From the IMG/VR virus record IMGVR_UViG_2909267149_000001: 48,774 nt of DNA. The stretch is one strand, 5' to 3'. This document shows, one piece after another, positions 36,511-46,797 of this stretch (positions within the stretch are counted from its first letter, which is position 1; each line of letters opens with the position of its first letter). Below the pieces are notes generated by a model. That model ran no database searches and was not told the origin of the DNA. It saw only the letters and a list, made by a program, of their open reading frames with translations. The DNA is from a virus. Lineage: Duplodnaviria; Heunggongvirae; Uroviricota; Caudoviricetes. The position numbers and the translations under genes were made by a program.

Positions 36511-39303
36511 ATGGCCAGCAATAAGAACTTTAAGCTGGCTTTTGAAATTGGCGGCAAAGTTGCCGCCTCTCTCCCCAAAAGTTTTACTACAGCTAATCAG
36601 GCTGTTGCTAAATTAAATGCCGAGCTTGCTGGATTAACGAAAGAACATGGGGAAATTCAAAAGCTACAATCTGTAAAAGTAAAGGTTGGACAGACTGCCC
36701 TCGAATATCATAAAGCTGCCGCTCGCGTTGAAGAGTTACAGAAGCAAATAAAAAACACGGCCAATCCAACCAGAGCGATGCTTCGTGACTTTGAGAAGGC
36801 AAAAACACATTCATCGAATTTACGAGCATCACTACGTTCTCAGCGTGAAGAACTGGCCGCTTTAAAGTCTGCCTATCAGGGAGCTGATACATCTGCCAGA
36901 GCTTTGGCCTCAAGAGAGAAAGAGCTTAAAGCCAGCATTGATCGTAATCGTGAGGCTCAGGTCCGTAGCGTTGAGCAGGTTAACCGCTACAGAACGGCTT
37001 TGGCTTTAGCCAGAGCAAATGTTCAGCAAGTGAAAAAACAGCAGGAGGAACTTAACCGGGCATTAGAAAAACAACGTATTGATAAAATTAACAGCTATAA
37101 AAATGCGTTGGCTGAAGCACGGAAAAATGTTCTTGCAGTAAAACGTGCTCAGGAGGAGTTAAACCGCGCGTTGGAAAGGCAGCGTGAATTGAAGCGAGAG
37201 CATCTTGGTGAGGCAAAGAGTCAACTTGTAAGGTCAGGATTACAAACTGGTGCTGTAGCGGCTGGTGCATTTGCTGCTGCTAACAATGCAGCAAATTTCA
37301 ATCGTGAAAACAAAATGATTGGTCTTACGGCAGATATGAAGCCGGAAGAAGTTCAGGCGATGGGGCAGGCGATGCTTGTTACCGGAACGGCCACCAACCA
37401 GTTTGCATCTGATATTCAGGCCGCTCAGGGTTTTCTCGTCGCTGCTGGGCAGGATTATAAAGAGGCTCAGGCGAATCTACTAACTATTGGGCGAACAGCT
37501 ACAGCTACTGGCTCTGATATCCTCGATGTCTCGAAAGCATCATTTACATTAAGTGACTCATTGAAGATTGATCCATCTCAAATGAAGTCTGCAATGGGGA
37601 TTCTGGTTCAGGCAGGGAAAGAGGGAAACTTTGAATTTAAAGATATGGCCAAAAATCTTCCTGTGCTTGGTGCTCAGTTCCAGGCATTAAAAATGGGAGG
37701 TAAAGAAGCCGCCGCGACGATGGGGGCAGCTTTGCAGATAGCTCGCAAAGGTGCTGCAACTTCGGATGAGGCTGCTAATAATATGAACAACTTTTTGGCG
37801 AAAATACTTTCCCCTGAAACACTAAAAAAAGCAAAGAAAAATTTCGGTGTAGATTTATATAAAATTGTCACAACAGCGCAGAAAAAAGGGAAGAATCCAT
37901 TCGAAGCTGCAATGCATTCTGTCATGAAAATGACTAAGAACGGAGATCAGAAGTTACTTGGTGAGCTATTTGGCGATATGCAGGTTCAGAACTTTGTTCG
38001 TCCGATGATTCAAAACTGGAAGGAATACCAGAGAATCAAAGCAACATCTCTTGGTGCTGGAAGTGCTGTTATTGACCGCGATTTTGCCAACATAACGAAA
38101 GACAATGCGGAGCGATTGAAACAATTACGTATTCAGGCTAGCAATGCATCATTAAGTTTTGGTCAGGCCTTGCAACCTGCTTTGAATGCCGCGCTTAGTG
38201 TTTTGGTTCCGCTGATTACAAAAATTAGTGAATTTGTAGCTAACAACCCCAATTTTGTGTCTCAGGTTGTGATGGCGGCAGGTGCGTTTCTAACCATGAA
38301 AAGTGTGGTTATAGCGTGTAGGGTAGCTATGCTGGCTTTATCTGTAGCGACAAAGCTAACACCCTTCGGGTGGATTCAGATGGCTATATCTGCGCTGGTT
38401 GCCGCAGGAATATTGCTCTATCAGAACTGGGATAAGATCAGAGATTATGCTGTCAGAGTTTGGCCTTCTGTTAAGGAATATACAGTTAAATCGTTTGAAG
38501 CTATAAAAAACTTTATCTTAAACTTTGATCTCAATGGATGGATTATATCTATGTTTGGTAAAGCATGGGATTATCTTTCCAACATAAACTGGAGTTCGGC
38601 AGGAGTAAGAATTTACAGTACATTAATTAGTGCTTTTAAATGGATGTCTCCGCTTCCGTTCTTAATTAAAGCATTTAAACTTACAACAAATTACCTTTCT
38701 GGTATTAACTGGAGCGAAACAGGAAAGAAAATCATAGATACACTGGTATCTGTTTTTATGCGTTTTTCACCAGTTGGACTCTTTATAAGAGCATTCCAAT
38801 CTGTAACGGCTTATTTGTCTGGAATAAACTGGAGTGAGTCAGGCGCAAAAATAATTGAGACGTTAATCACTGGGATAAAATCAAAAGCAAATGCTTTAAT
38901 TAATGAAGTGAAAGGCGTTTTTTCTTCTGTACGTGAGTATTTACCGTTCTCTGACGCGAAAAAAGGTCCATTCTCACAGCTAACAAAGTCAGGTGGTGCA
39001 ATAATGACTACTCTGGCATCAGGCGTTAGCAGGAATAACAGCTTACAGAATGCAATAGCAACCAAGTTCGGGCAATCAAATTTATCACCTCACGGGATAT
39101 CTGCCGCCGGGACTTCTGGACCTCGCCAGAACGTTAATGCTGTGACTGGTGGAATAACCTATTCACCTGTAATCAATCTTCCGGCTGGTTCACCAAAGGA
39201 AACTGAGGCGGCAGCTAAAAGAGCATTAGATGCGGGATATTCTGATTTTGAGAAGAAATTGAGTGCTCATATGTTCCAACAACGGAGATTAAGTTTTGGA
39301 TGA
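36511..39303 (+). CDS. Tail tape measure protein
   Basis: 930 aa, coiled-coil N-terminal half, hydrophobic segments; canonical position. Confidence 0.85.
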   Translation: MASNKNFKLAFEIGGKVAASLPKSFTTANQAVAKLNAELAGLTKEHGEIQKLQSVKVKVGQTALEYHKAAARVEELQKQIKNTANPTRAMLRDFEKAKTHSSNLRASLRSQREELAALKSAYQGADTSARALASREKELKASIDRNREAQVRSVEQVNRYRTALALARANVQQVKKQQEELNRALEKQRIDKINSYKNALAEARKNVLAVKRAQEELNRALERQRELKREHLGEAKSQLVRSGLQTGAVAAGAFAAANNAANFNRENKMIGLTADMKPEEVQAMGQAMLVTGTATNQFASDIQAAQGFLVAAGQDYKEAQANLLTIGRTATATGSDILDVSKASFTLSDSLKIDPSQMKSAMGILVQAGKEGNFEFKDMAKNLPVLGAQFQALKMGGKEAAATMGAALQIARKGAATSDEAANNMNNFLAKILSPETLKKAKKNFGVDLYKIVTTAQKKGKNPFEAAMHSVMKMTKNGDQKLLGELFGDMQVQNFVRPMIQNWKEYQRIKATSLGAGSAVIDRDFANITKDNAERLKQLRIQASNASLSFGQALQPALNAALSVLVPLITKISEFVANNPNFVSQVVMAAGAFLTMKSVVIACRVAMLALSVATKLTPFGWIQMAISALVAAGILLYQNWDKIRDYAVRVWPSVKEYTVKSFEAIKNFILNFDLNGWIISMFGKAWDYLSNINWSSAGVRIYSTLISAFKWMSPLPFLIKAFKLTTNYLSGINWSETGKKIIDTLVSVFMRFSPVGLFIRAFQSVTAYLSGINWSESGAKIIETLITGIKSKANALINEVKGVFSSVREYLPFSDAKKGPFSQLTKSGGAIMTTLASGVSRNNSLQNAIATKFGQSNLSPHGISAAGTSGPRQNVNAVTGGITYSPVINLPAGSPKETEAAAKRALDAGYSDFEKKLSAHMFQQRRLSFG

Positions 39304-39514
39304 TTATAGAACGGTTCAAGGGGACTCATGGGATAGTATCGCGTTAAAGTTGTATGGTAATGAGTACCTGTCTTATCTTCTTATTGATGCTAATACTGAG
39401 CACCGCTTTACGGTGCTTTTTTCTGCGGGAATTATTCTTAAAGTTCCTGATGCTCCGGTTATGCCAATATCAGTAAACAATTTGCCTCCGTGGAGACGCA
39501 ATAGTGTTACGTAA
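39296..39514 (+). CDS. Tail protein X-like (LysM-like, P2 gpX family)
   Basis: 72-aa protein; GDSWDSIALKLYG resembles the gpX motif from memory. Confidence 0.45.
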   Translation: MDDYRTVQGDSWDSIALKLYGNEYLSYLLIDANTEHRFTVLFSAGIILKVPDAPVMPISVNNLPPWRRNSVT

Positions 39515-40505
39515 AACGCTTTTTGATGTTATATATCAGAATGTAAATATTACCGCTCATATGTCACCTGATGTTTTGTCAATGTCTTATACAGATAATG
39601 AAGATGGTCAGGTCGATGATATTTCTATTATATTAAAAAATGATGATGGGAAATGGTCTGGAGACTGGACACCTAAAAAGGGTGATTTTATTGATTTGAG
39701 CTTTAAGCCTATAAATCAAATCGTCCTTGAGTGCGGGAAATTCCAGGTAGATGGCATAACTTGCTCTGGACCACCTTCTGTTGTTGAGGTGACTGCTGTT
39801 TCTGTTCCTGTTTCATCAGGCATTAGACGTGATTTAAAAAGTAATGCATGGGAAAAAACAACTCTTAAAGATATAGCAACCTCTATAGCTAAATTAGCTA
39901 ACCTTGAACTGTTGTTTCTTATTGATGGTGATAGTAATCCATATTATGCGCGTGAAGATCAAATGGAGGAAAGCGATTTAAAATTTCTCCATCGACTATG
40001 CCAGGATGAAGGGGTGTCGTTAAAGGTCACTGATAGCCAATTAATAATATTTGCTCAAGAGATGTTTGAGCAAAAAGATCCTATCGCTACGCTTACGTTA
40101 GGTATTGATGAGATAATCAGATATAGCTTTAGCACACAATCTACAGATTTGTATAAAAGTTGCACGTGCAAATATCGCGTACCTAAAAAAAGAAAGTCGC
40201 TTTCGTATACTTGGGTAGATCCATCCGTAGAAGAAGGGTCGAATCTTAAGATAAGAAAACTGGTAGCTAATTTAGATGAAGCAAAACGTAAGGCAAAGGC
40301 TGCTTTGCGGCTTAAAAATAGATATCAAAATACAGGATCTTTAGTATTGGTTGGAGACACCAGATTGGTAGCTGGTGTAACTATAAATCTGGACGGATTC
40401 GGTTCATTTTCTGGAAAATATCTTATATCGAAAGCTGTGCATTCAATTGGGGCTAGTGGTTATACCACCTCGATTGATGTCCGAAGAGTAATTAATGGGT
40501 ATTAA
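39504..40505 (+). CDS. Tail/baseplate hub protein (P2 gpD-like)
   Basis: 333-aa protein after tape measure; GTG start with GGAG RBS. Confidence 0.65.
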   Translation: MLRKTLFDVIYQNVNITAHMSPDVLSMSYTDNEDGQVDDISIILKNDDGKWSGDWTPKKGDFIDLSFKPINQIVLECGKFQVDGITCSGPPSVVEVTAVSVPVSSGIRRDLKSNAWEKTTLKDIATSIAKLANLELLFLIDGDSNPYYAREDQMEESDLKFLHRLCQDEGVSLKVTDSQLIIFAQEMFEQKDPIATLTLGIDEIIRYSFSTQSTDLYKSCTCKYRVPKKRKSLSYTWVDPSVEEGSNLKIRKLVANLDEAKRKAKAALRLKNRYQNTGSLVLVGDTRLVAGVTINLDGFGSFSGKYLISKAVHSIGASGYTTSIDVRRVINGY

Positions 40506-40507
40506 TT

Positions 40508-41128
40508 ATGAATGATTTAGAAACATTATTACGTCAGACTATAAGAGTTGGCGTTGTTTCTGATATTGATGATGGTGATGTTACAGCAAGAGTTACTTTC
40601 GATGATCAGGATAACGTCACTTCGGCAAAGTTATCAGTTATTGTGAAAAATACGGATAAGAATGCTGATTACTGGATGCCAGATATTGGTGAGCAAGTTT
40701 TGTGTATCTTTCATCCCGCAGGGCCGCAACAAGGTTTTATTCTTGGTAGTTTTTATGATGAAACACAGAAGCCGCCATCTAATACTGTTAATAAACGCGT
40801 CATTAGATTTAATAACGGAACTCGTATTGAGGTAGACAGAGAATCTAATTTACTCCTTGTTGATGCTGTCGGAGATGTAACCGTTAAGGCTACAGGAACC
40901 GTAACTATTGATGCTCCAGAAACCATCATTACCGGAAATGCTACAGTTGAAGGATTACTAACCTTCAAAGGTGGAATGAAAGGATCTTCTGCTGGAGGTG
41001 TTGCAGCTACAATTTCTGGGGATGTTAAGGTTGTTGGTGGTGATATAGATGTTGATGGGATTAAATCTAAAGGCCACCATCACACGGCTCAGGGGGAATA
41101 CGCTCCGACAACGGAGGCTCAGGCATGA
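40508..41128 (+). CDS. Baseplate spike protein (P2 gpV / Mu gp45-like)
   Basis: 206-aa protein with OB-fold-like N-terminus and Gly-rich C-terminal region. Confidence 0.65.
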   Translation: MNDLETLLRQTIRVGVVSDIDDGDVTARVTFDDQDNVTSAKLSVIVKNTDKNADYWMPDIGEQVLCIFHPAGPQQGFILGSFYDETQKPPSNTVNKRVIRFNNGTRIEVDRESNLLLVDAVGDVTVKATGTVTIDAPETIITGNATVEGLLTFKGGMKGSSAGGVAATISGDVKVVGGDIDVDGIKSKGHHHTAQGEYAPTTEAQA

Positions 41129-41592
41129 TTGTGGGTATGCTTGGTACAATGCCTTTTGTTGCCTCATCAATAGTGGTGAATACGTTCAACAATTTTAAAA
41201 GGACGTCAAAGCGTCGTGTAGCGCGCCATGATGTTATTGGGCTTAAACCTGTTCTGGAGGATATAGGTCCAGATCTGGATGAAGTTAGTTTTAATATGCG
41301 GTTGGATACAACACTTGGCATTGTTCCATTGGCTGCGCTTTCATTACTTAGGACAATGCAATCAATTCAGGAAGTAAATCCTGTTGTAATTGGTATTCAG
41401 TATTTTGGTAATTTTATAATTACAGATATAGAGGAATCATGGACTTATTTCGGTCCAACTGGGAATCCACGAGTGATTATCGTCGGCATTAAATTACAGG
41501 AAGTCGGACAGACCTCTCTGAAAGAAGCATTAGTTGATATTGCTGGCAATATAGAGTCAAAAACTAGAAGTGCGTTAGGTAAATTATTATGA
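41125..41592 (+). CDS. Baseplate assembly protein (Mu gp46-like position)
   Basis: 155-aa ORF between the spike and gp25-like genes. Confidence 0.4.
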   Translation: MIVGMLGTMPFVASSIVVNTFNNFKRTSKRRVARHDVIGLKPVLEDIGPDLDEVSFNMRLDTTLGIVPLAALSLLRTMQSIQEVNPVVIGIQYFGNFIITDIEESWTYFGPTGNPRVIIVGIKLQEVGQTSLKEALVDIAGNIESKTRSALGKLL

Positions 41593-41909
41593 ATAATACG
41601 TTTACCATATCATCACCTTCTTACTCGATTGATTGGTCGCCCAAAACAGTTGTAGAAGAAGTTTTGCAAAATGTCTCTACTATTATTAATACTCAGATTG
41701 GCACTGTACCATATGCCAGAAAATTAGGAGTTAATTCAAGTCTTGTTGATAGCCCTAGCCCAATTTTTATTGCTACAGCAACACGAGAAATAATTCAAAA
41801 AATTAGTGAGTTTGAGCCTAGAGCGATTATCCATTCTGTTACTTTTGAAAGAACGGACGTTTCTGATGGTTTTATTAGGCCAAAACTTGTGATAGGAGTT
41901 AGAGAATGA
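41589..41909 (+). CDS. Baseplate wedge protein (gp25 / P2 gpW-like)
   Basis: 106-aa protein immediately before baseplate J. Confidence 0.65.
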   Translation: MNNTFTISSPSYSIDWSPKTVVEEVLQNVSTIINTQIGTVPYARKLGVNSSLVDSPSPIFIATATREIIQKISEFEPRAIIHSVTFERTDVSDGFIRPKLVIGVRE

Positions 41910-43030
41910 CGTTGCCGCGCGGTGGTTTGCCAGATATTACTTTCGCAGATTCTAACCCGACTGATATAACAACTCGTTCAATCAGGGCTTTTGAGAGTAT
42001 AACAGGTGAAACATTAGCACCTGCTGATCCACGTAGATTATTCATCTTGTCATTGTGTGAGATTATTATACAGCAAAGAAAAGCTATCGATTTTTCTGCA
42101 AAACAAAACCTTCTTACATATGGTGGGGGTGAATATCTCGACCATATAGGCTATCTGACGGATACGCCTAGGCTGGAAGCTCAATCTGCCTTGACTACAT
42201 TTGAGTTTAATCTGTCAACAAAATTATCGGGGATATATACAATACCTGCTGGCACTCAAATTTCAACTGGAAATAGTGTTATTTTCCAAACAGATGTTTT
42301 GTTGGAAATACCAGCTGGGAAAACAGTTGGTACAGTCTCAGGATATGCTGTTATACCTGGCTTATCGGGGAATGGATTTTTACCTGGGCAAATAAACGAG
42401 TTGGTGACTCCGTTGCCGTATGTTTCCAGCGTAAGGAATCTAACAACATCTAATTCTGGTGCTGATACAGAGTCAGATGATAATTATGCTGAAAGAATAA
42501 AACTGTCGCCGGAAAAACTGTCTACAGCAGGGCCGGAGGATTCTTATAAATATTGGACAAGAACAGCCAATCAGAATATAAAAGATGTGAATGTATATAC
42601 ACCATCGCCCGGAACTGTAGAAATCCGTTCTTTGTTAGAGAACGGGGATATACCTTCTGATGAACTATTAGAGCAGATAAATAGCGTTCTCTCTGCAACT
42701 AATATTCGACCATTCACAGATAAAGTTCTTGTTAAGAAACCAGAGAGCATTGAATACGATATAATAATTAAATACTGGATTAACTCATCGGACAAAAACA
42801 GAACAACGTTAATTCAAAGTGAGGTTGAGAAAGCTCTTGATGAGTATAAACAATGGCAACGTTCGGTTATGGGAAGAGATATAAATCCAGATGAAATTAT
42901 TCAACGTTTAAAAAATGCCGGGGCTAAAAGATTAGAAATATCAAGTCCTGTATTTACTGTAGTTGGAGAGACGCAGGTCGCCAGAGAGAGAAATATAAAT
43001 TGCCAGTATGCGGGGTTAGAGGATGGCTGA
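41906..43030 (+). CDS. Baseplate J-like protein
   Basis: 374-aa protein in conserved W-J-I order. Confidence 0.75.
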   Translation: MTLPRGGLPDITFADSNPTDITTRSIRAFESITGETLAPADPRRLFILSLCEIIIQQRKAIDFSAKQNLLTYGGGEYLDHIGYLTDTPRLEAQSALTTFEFNLSTKLSGIYTIPAGTQISTGNSVIFQTDVLLEIPAGKTVGTVSGYAVIPGLSGNGFLPGQINELVTPLPYVSSVRNLTTSNSGADTESDDNYAERIKLSPEKLSTAGPEDSYKYWTRTANQNIKDVNVYTPSPGTVEIRSLLENGDIPSDELLEQINSVLSATNIRPFTDKVLVKKPESIEYDIIIKYWINSSDKNRTTLIQSEVEKALDEYKQWQRSVMGRDINPDEIIQRLKNAGAKRLEISSPVFTVVGETQVARERNINCQYAGLEDG

Positions 43031-43604
43031 TATCTTTAATGTTAGCTTGTTGGATGTTTTACCTCCTAACTTAGCTAGAGATCCCAACGTGATAGCTATG
43101 TCGAAAGCTATTGATGATGAACTACAAGCAATTAACAATTTAATATATAAGACAGAAATATATAGCGTTGTTGATAACCTGGACTCAGTTGTTCTCGATC
43201 ATTTAGCTTGGCAATGGAATGCTGATACATGGAGGGATAGTTGGCCTGTATCGTTAAAGCGTTCTGTTTTTAAATCAATAATACGAACAAAGCGAATAAA
43301 GGGTACAAGGGCAGCGGTTGAAGATGTAGTAAATAGCTTGGGTGGAGAGGTAAACATAACAGAATGGTTTGAAACATCACCACCTGGCGAACCATATACA
43401 GCCTCAATTGTTGCTTCGATTAACTCTTTTGATGGTGCCGTTCCTTCGAAAGAGATGTTGGAAGATACGTTAAGAAGTATCAAGAGCGCAAAGTCGGCAA
43501 GAACATTATTTACATTTTCGCAAGCAGCCAATGTTTCTGGTGGTGTCGGTATTGTTGGTGCTTGTCAGCCTGTGTCTTATGTACGATTAATTGGCGAGTG
43601 CTAA
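43023..43604 (+). CDS. Baseplate/tail protein I-like (P2 gpI)
   Basis: 193-aa protein preceding the tail fibre gene. Confidence 0.65.
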   Translation: MADIFNVSLLDVLPPNLARDPNVIAMSKAIDDELQAINNLIYKTEIYSVVDNLDSVVLDHLAWQWNADTWRDSWPVSLKRSVFKSIIRTKRIKGTRAAVEDVVNSLGGEVNITEWFETSPPGEPYTASIVASINSFDGAVPSKEMLEDTLRSIKSAKSARTLFTFSQAANVSGGVGIVGACQPVSYVRLIGEC

Positions 43605-43634
43605 TTCGCAATTTGTTAATTCAAGGAATTAAGC

Positions 43635-45704
43635 GTGAGTAAATTATTATTTACGATGACTGACGCCGGGCGTCAGGAGCTGGTTAATGCCAACAAAACA
43701 GGAACAAATAAAGTTGAGATTGTTTCTGTTGGTTTAGGTAGTAGATATTATGTCACGTCAACTTCACAAACAAATATAACAAACGAAATAAAACGACTTA
43801 CCACAATAGGTGGCAAAGTTGTTTCCCCTGATACAATTCATGTAACGGCGAAGGATGATAGTAAAGATGAGTATGTTGTCCATACAATAGGATTGTATAC
43901 AAATAAGGGAACGTTGTTTGCTGTATACTCGCAAGAACAAGCAATAATAAATAAAGCATCATCTACTATTGCTTTAATATCAAGTGACATAGCAATCAAG
44001 ACTCTTGATACTAAAAATATTACATTTGGTGATATTGAGTTTATTAATCCTCCCGCAACCGAAACTGTTGTTGGGGTTGCAAGATTTGCCAATGAACAAG
44101 AAATTGATGACGGTACAGATGATTCCCTTGCTGTTTCAGCAAAGCGGCTTAAGCAAGCCATTGTGAAACATGAACAATCACGTAATCATCCTGATGCAAC
44201 TTTAACCTCAAAAGGCTTTGTTCAACTTAGCAGCGCCACCAATAGCTCGTCTGAAACGCTTGCTGCGACGCCTAAGGCTGTTAAGGCAGCATATGACCTG
44301 GCTAATGGCAAATACACCGCACAGGACGCTACCACAGCGCGAAAAGGGATTGTTCAGCTCAGTAGTGCCACCAACAGCACGTCTGAAACGCTAGCAGCAA
44401 CACCAAAGGCTGTTAAGGCAGCGTATGATCTTGCGGCCGGAAAGGCTCCGTCCAATCACACGCATTCGTGGGAGCAGATAACAAATGTGCCTGTAGCTTC
44501 ACTGACTGTAAGGGGAATAACTCAGCTCAGTAGTTCCACCAACAGCACGTCTGAAACACTGGCCGCGACATCGAAAGCGGTCAAGGCGGTAATGGATGAA
44601 ACGAACAAGAAAGCGCCCTTAAACAGTCCTGCGTTGACCGGAACGCCAACAACGCCAACTGCGCGACAGGGAACGAATAATACCCAAATCGCAAGCACGG
44701 CTTTCGTTATGGCTGCGATCGCTGCCCTCGTGGACTCGTCACCTGACGCACTGAATACGCTGAACGAGTTAGCGGCGGCGCTGGGAAACGACCCGAATTT
44801 TGCGACCACCATGACTAACGCGCTTGCGGGTAAGCAACCGAAAGATGCCACCCTGACGGCGCTGGCCGGGCTTGCTACTGCGGCAGACAAGTTTCCGTAT
44901 TTTACGGGGAATGATGTCGCCAGCCTGGCACCCCTGACAAAAGTCGGGCGGGATATTCTTGCGAAATCGACCGTTGCTGCCGTTATCGAATACCTCGGTT
45001 TACGAGAACTCGGCACAAGCGGGGAGAAAATACCGTTACTCAGTACAGCGAATACCTGGACTAATAGACAAACATTCAGCGGTGGCCTTTCTGGGGAACT
45101 GTCCGGCAATGCCGCTACTGCAACAAAGCTGAAAACAGCACGAAAAATTGCTGGAGTTGGTTTTGATGGTTCTAGCGATATTTCAATTAGTGCCAAAAAT
45201 GTCAATGCATTTGCACTCCGACAAACAGGTAATACTGTTAATGGTGATACATCCGTTGGATGGAATTGGGATAGTGGTGCATATAACGCCCTGATTGGTG
45301 GTGCATCTGCATTAATTCTTCACTTTAATATAAATGCTGGTAGCTGTCCTGCCGTACAATTCCGTGTGAATTATAAAAATGGTGGCATTTCCTACAGGTC
45401 GGCTCGTGATGGTTATGGGTTTGAATTAGGTTGGTCAGATTTCTATACCACGACACGAAAACCTTCAGCGGGAGATGTTGGTGCATATACGCAGGCAGAA
45501 TGTAACTCAAGGTTTATTACAGGTATTCGCCTTGGCGGTCTGTCATCTGTTCAGACATGGAATGGTCCCGGCTGGTCTGACAGGTCAGGTTATGTCGTTA
45601 CGGGTTCAGTTAACGGAAACCGTGATGAATTAATTGATACAACTCAGGCAAGGCCAATTCAGTATTGCATTAATGGGACGTGGTATAACGCGGGGAGTAT
45701 TTAA
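43635..45704 (+). CDS. Tail fibre protein (constant N-terminal part plus currently expressed variable C-terminus Sv)
   Basis: 689 aa; three internal ~30-aa repeats; crossover site inside the ORF; C-terminus YCINGTWYNAGSI parallels the inverted alternative. Confidence 0.8.
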   Translation: MSKLLFTMTDAGRQELVNANKTGTNKVEIVSVGLGSRYYVTSTSQTNITNEIKRLTTIGGKVVSPDTIHVTAKDDSKDEYVVHTIGLYTNKGTLFAVYSQEQAIINKASSTIALISSDIAIKTLDTKNITFGDIEFINPPATETVVGVARFANEQEIDDGTDDSLAVSAKRLKQAIVKHEQSRNHPDATLTSKGFVQLSSATNSSSETLAATPKAVKAAYDLANGKYTAQDATTARKGIVQLSSATNSTSETLAATPKAVKAAYDLAAGKAPSNHTHSWEQITNVPVASLTVRGITQLSSSTNSTSETLAATSKAVKAVMDETNKKAPLNSPALTGTPTTPTARQGTNNTQIASTAFVMAAIAALVDSSPDALNTLNELAAALGNDPNFATTMTNALAGKQPKDATLTALAGLATAADKFPYFTGNDVASLAPLTKVGRDILAKSTVAAVIEYLGLRELGTSGEKIPLLSTANTWTNRQTFSGGLSGELSGNAATATKLKTARKIAGVGFDGSSDISISAKNVNAFALRQTGNTVNGDTSVGWNWDSGAYNALIGGASALILHFNINAGSCPAVQFRVNYKNGGISYRSARDGYGFELGWSDFYTTTRKPSAGDVGAYTQAECNSRFITGIRLGGLSSVQTWNGPGWSDRSGYVVTGSVNGNRDELIDTTQARPIQYCINGTWYNAGSI
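44214..44600 (+). repeat. Three ~90-bp direct repeats inside the tail fibre gene
   Basis: Repeated coding units LSSATNS(S/T)SETLAAT(P/S)KAVKA starting near 44214, 44346 and 44513. Confidence 0.7.
44983..45008. promoter_or_regulatory. Inversion crossover site (gix/cix-like), left
   Basis: ttatcgaatacctcggtttacgagaa; inverted partner at 47803-47828 shares the core cctcggtttac. Confidence 0.65.
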
Positions 45705-45706
45705 CG

Positions 45707-46240
45707 ATGATGCACTTAAAAAACATTACTGCTGGCAACCCTAAAACAAAAGAGCAATACCAGCTAACAAAGCAATTTAACATCAAATGGCTTTATTCAG
45801 ATGATGGAAAAAACTGGTATGAGGAACAAAAGAATTTCCAGCCAGACACTTTGAAAATGGTCTATGACCATAACGGCGTTATTATTTGTATTGAAAAGGA
45901 TGTTTCAGCAATTAATCCGGAAGGCGCAAGCGTCGTTGAATTACCTGATATTACAGCAAATCGCCGTGCTGACATTTCGGGTAGATGGATGTTCAAAGAT
46001 GGCGTAGTGGTAAAGCGAACTTATACCGAGGAAGAGCAGAGGCAGCAGGCGGAAAATGAAAAGCAAAGCCTGCTACAGCTCGTCAGGGATAAAACCCAGC
46101 TATGGGACTCACAGCTACGGCTGGGCATCATTTCCGACGAGAATAAACAAAAATTAACCGAGTGGATGCTCTATGCGCAGAAAGTCGAATCTACAGACAC
46201 CTCCAGCCTGCCAGTAACATTTCCCGAACAACCTGAATGA
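45707..46240 (+). CDS. Tail fibre assembly chaperone (U-like)
   Basis: 177-aa protein directly after the fibre gene; paralogous N-terminus MMHLKNI. Confidence 0.7.
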   Translation: MMHLKNITAGNPKTKEQYQLTKQFNIKWLYSDDGKNWYEEQKNFQPDTLKMVYDHNGVIICIEKDVSAINPEGASVVELPDITANRRADISGRWMFKDGVVVKRTYTEEEQRQQAENEKQSLLQLVRDKTQLWDSQLRLGIISDENKQKLTEWMLYAQKVESTDTSSLPVTFPEQPE

Positions 46241-46268
46241 GACAAGGCCCGATAGCGGGCCTTAATTT

Positions 46269-46796
46269 TTATTCAGGCTTTTGTGGCCATTCAGGATTTG
46301 CCGTATCCACACGGCTGACCAGAACACTGTAGCGTTCCCATGACTCCAGTCGTGCGCGCTCCTCATCCGTCGCCATATTCAGCCTGACAGCGCGTTCCAG
46401 TGGCTGAATAACGCTTTCTGCTTCGGAAAGTAACGCGGCCTTTTGTGATTCGGCCTGTTGTTGCTGTTCGTCAGCCGTATAAATCCGTTTAACCACAGCT
46501 CCGTCCTTAAACATCCACTTCCCTGAATCATCGGCACGACGATTGGCTGTTATATCGGGAACCTCAACGACGCTAAAGCCTTCAGGGTTAAGCGTAGAGG
46601 CATCCTTGGTGATAGCGACAATAATATTATTTTCATCGTAAACAATCTTTATTGTGTCTGGCTGAAAGTTTTTCACTTCCTCATACCAGTTTTTTCCGTC
46701 CTCAGAGTAAAGCCAGATAACTCCGTGTTTCTTTGTTAATTCGTACTGCTCAAGTGTTTTAGCGTTACCCGCTTTAATGTTCTTTAAGTGCATCAT
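46269..46796 (-). CDS. Alternative tail fibre assembly chaperone (U'-like)
   Basis: 175-aa paralog on the opposite strand inside the invertible segment. Confidence 0.7.
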   Translation of the reverse strand: MMHLKNIKAGNAKTLEQYELTKKHGVIWLYSEDGKNWYEEVKNFQPDTIKIVYDENNIIVAITKDASTLNPEGFSVVEVPDITANRRADDSGKWMFKDGAVVKRIYTADEQQQQAESQKAALLSEAESVIQPLERAVRLNMATDEERARLESWERYSVLVSRVDTANPEWPQKPE

Positions 46797-46797
46797 A

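Noticed and set aside
44522-45205. 227-aa ORF antisense to the tail fibre gene
   Set aside because: Antisense shadow of the repeat-rich fibre coding region, with Ala/Ser-rich low-complexity translation.
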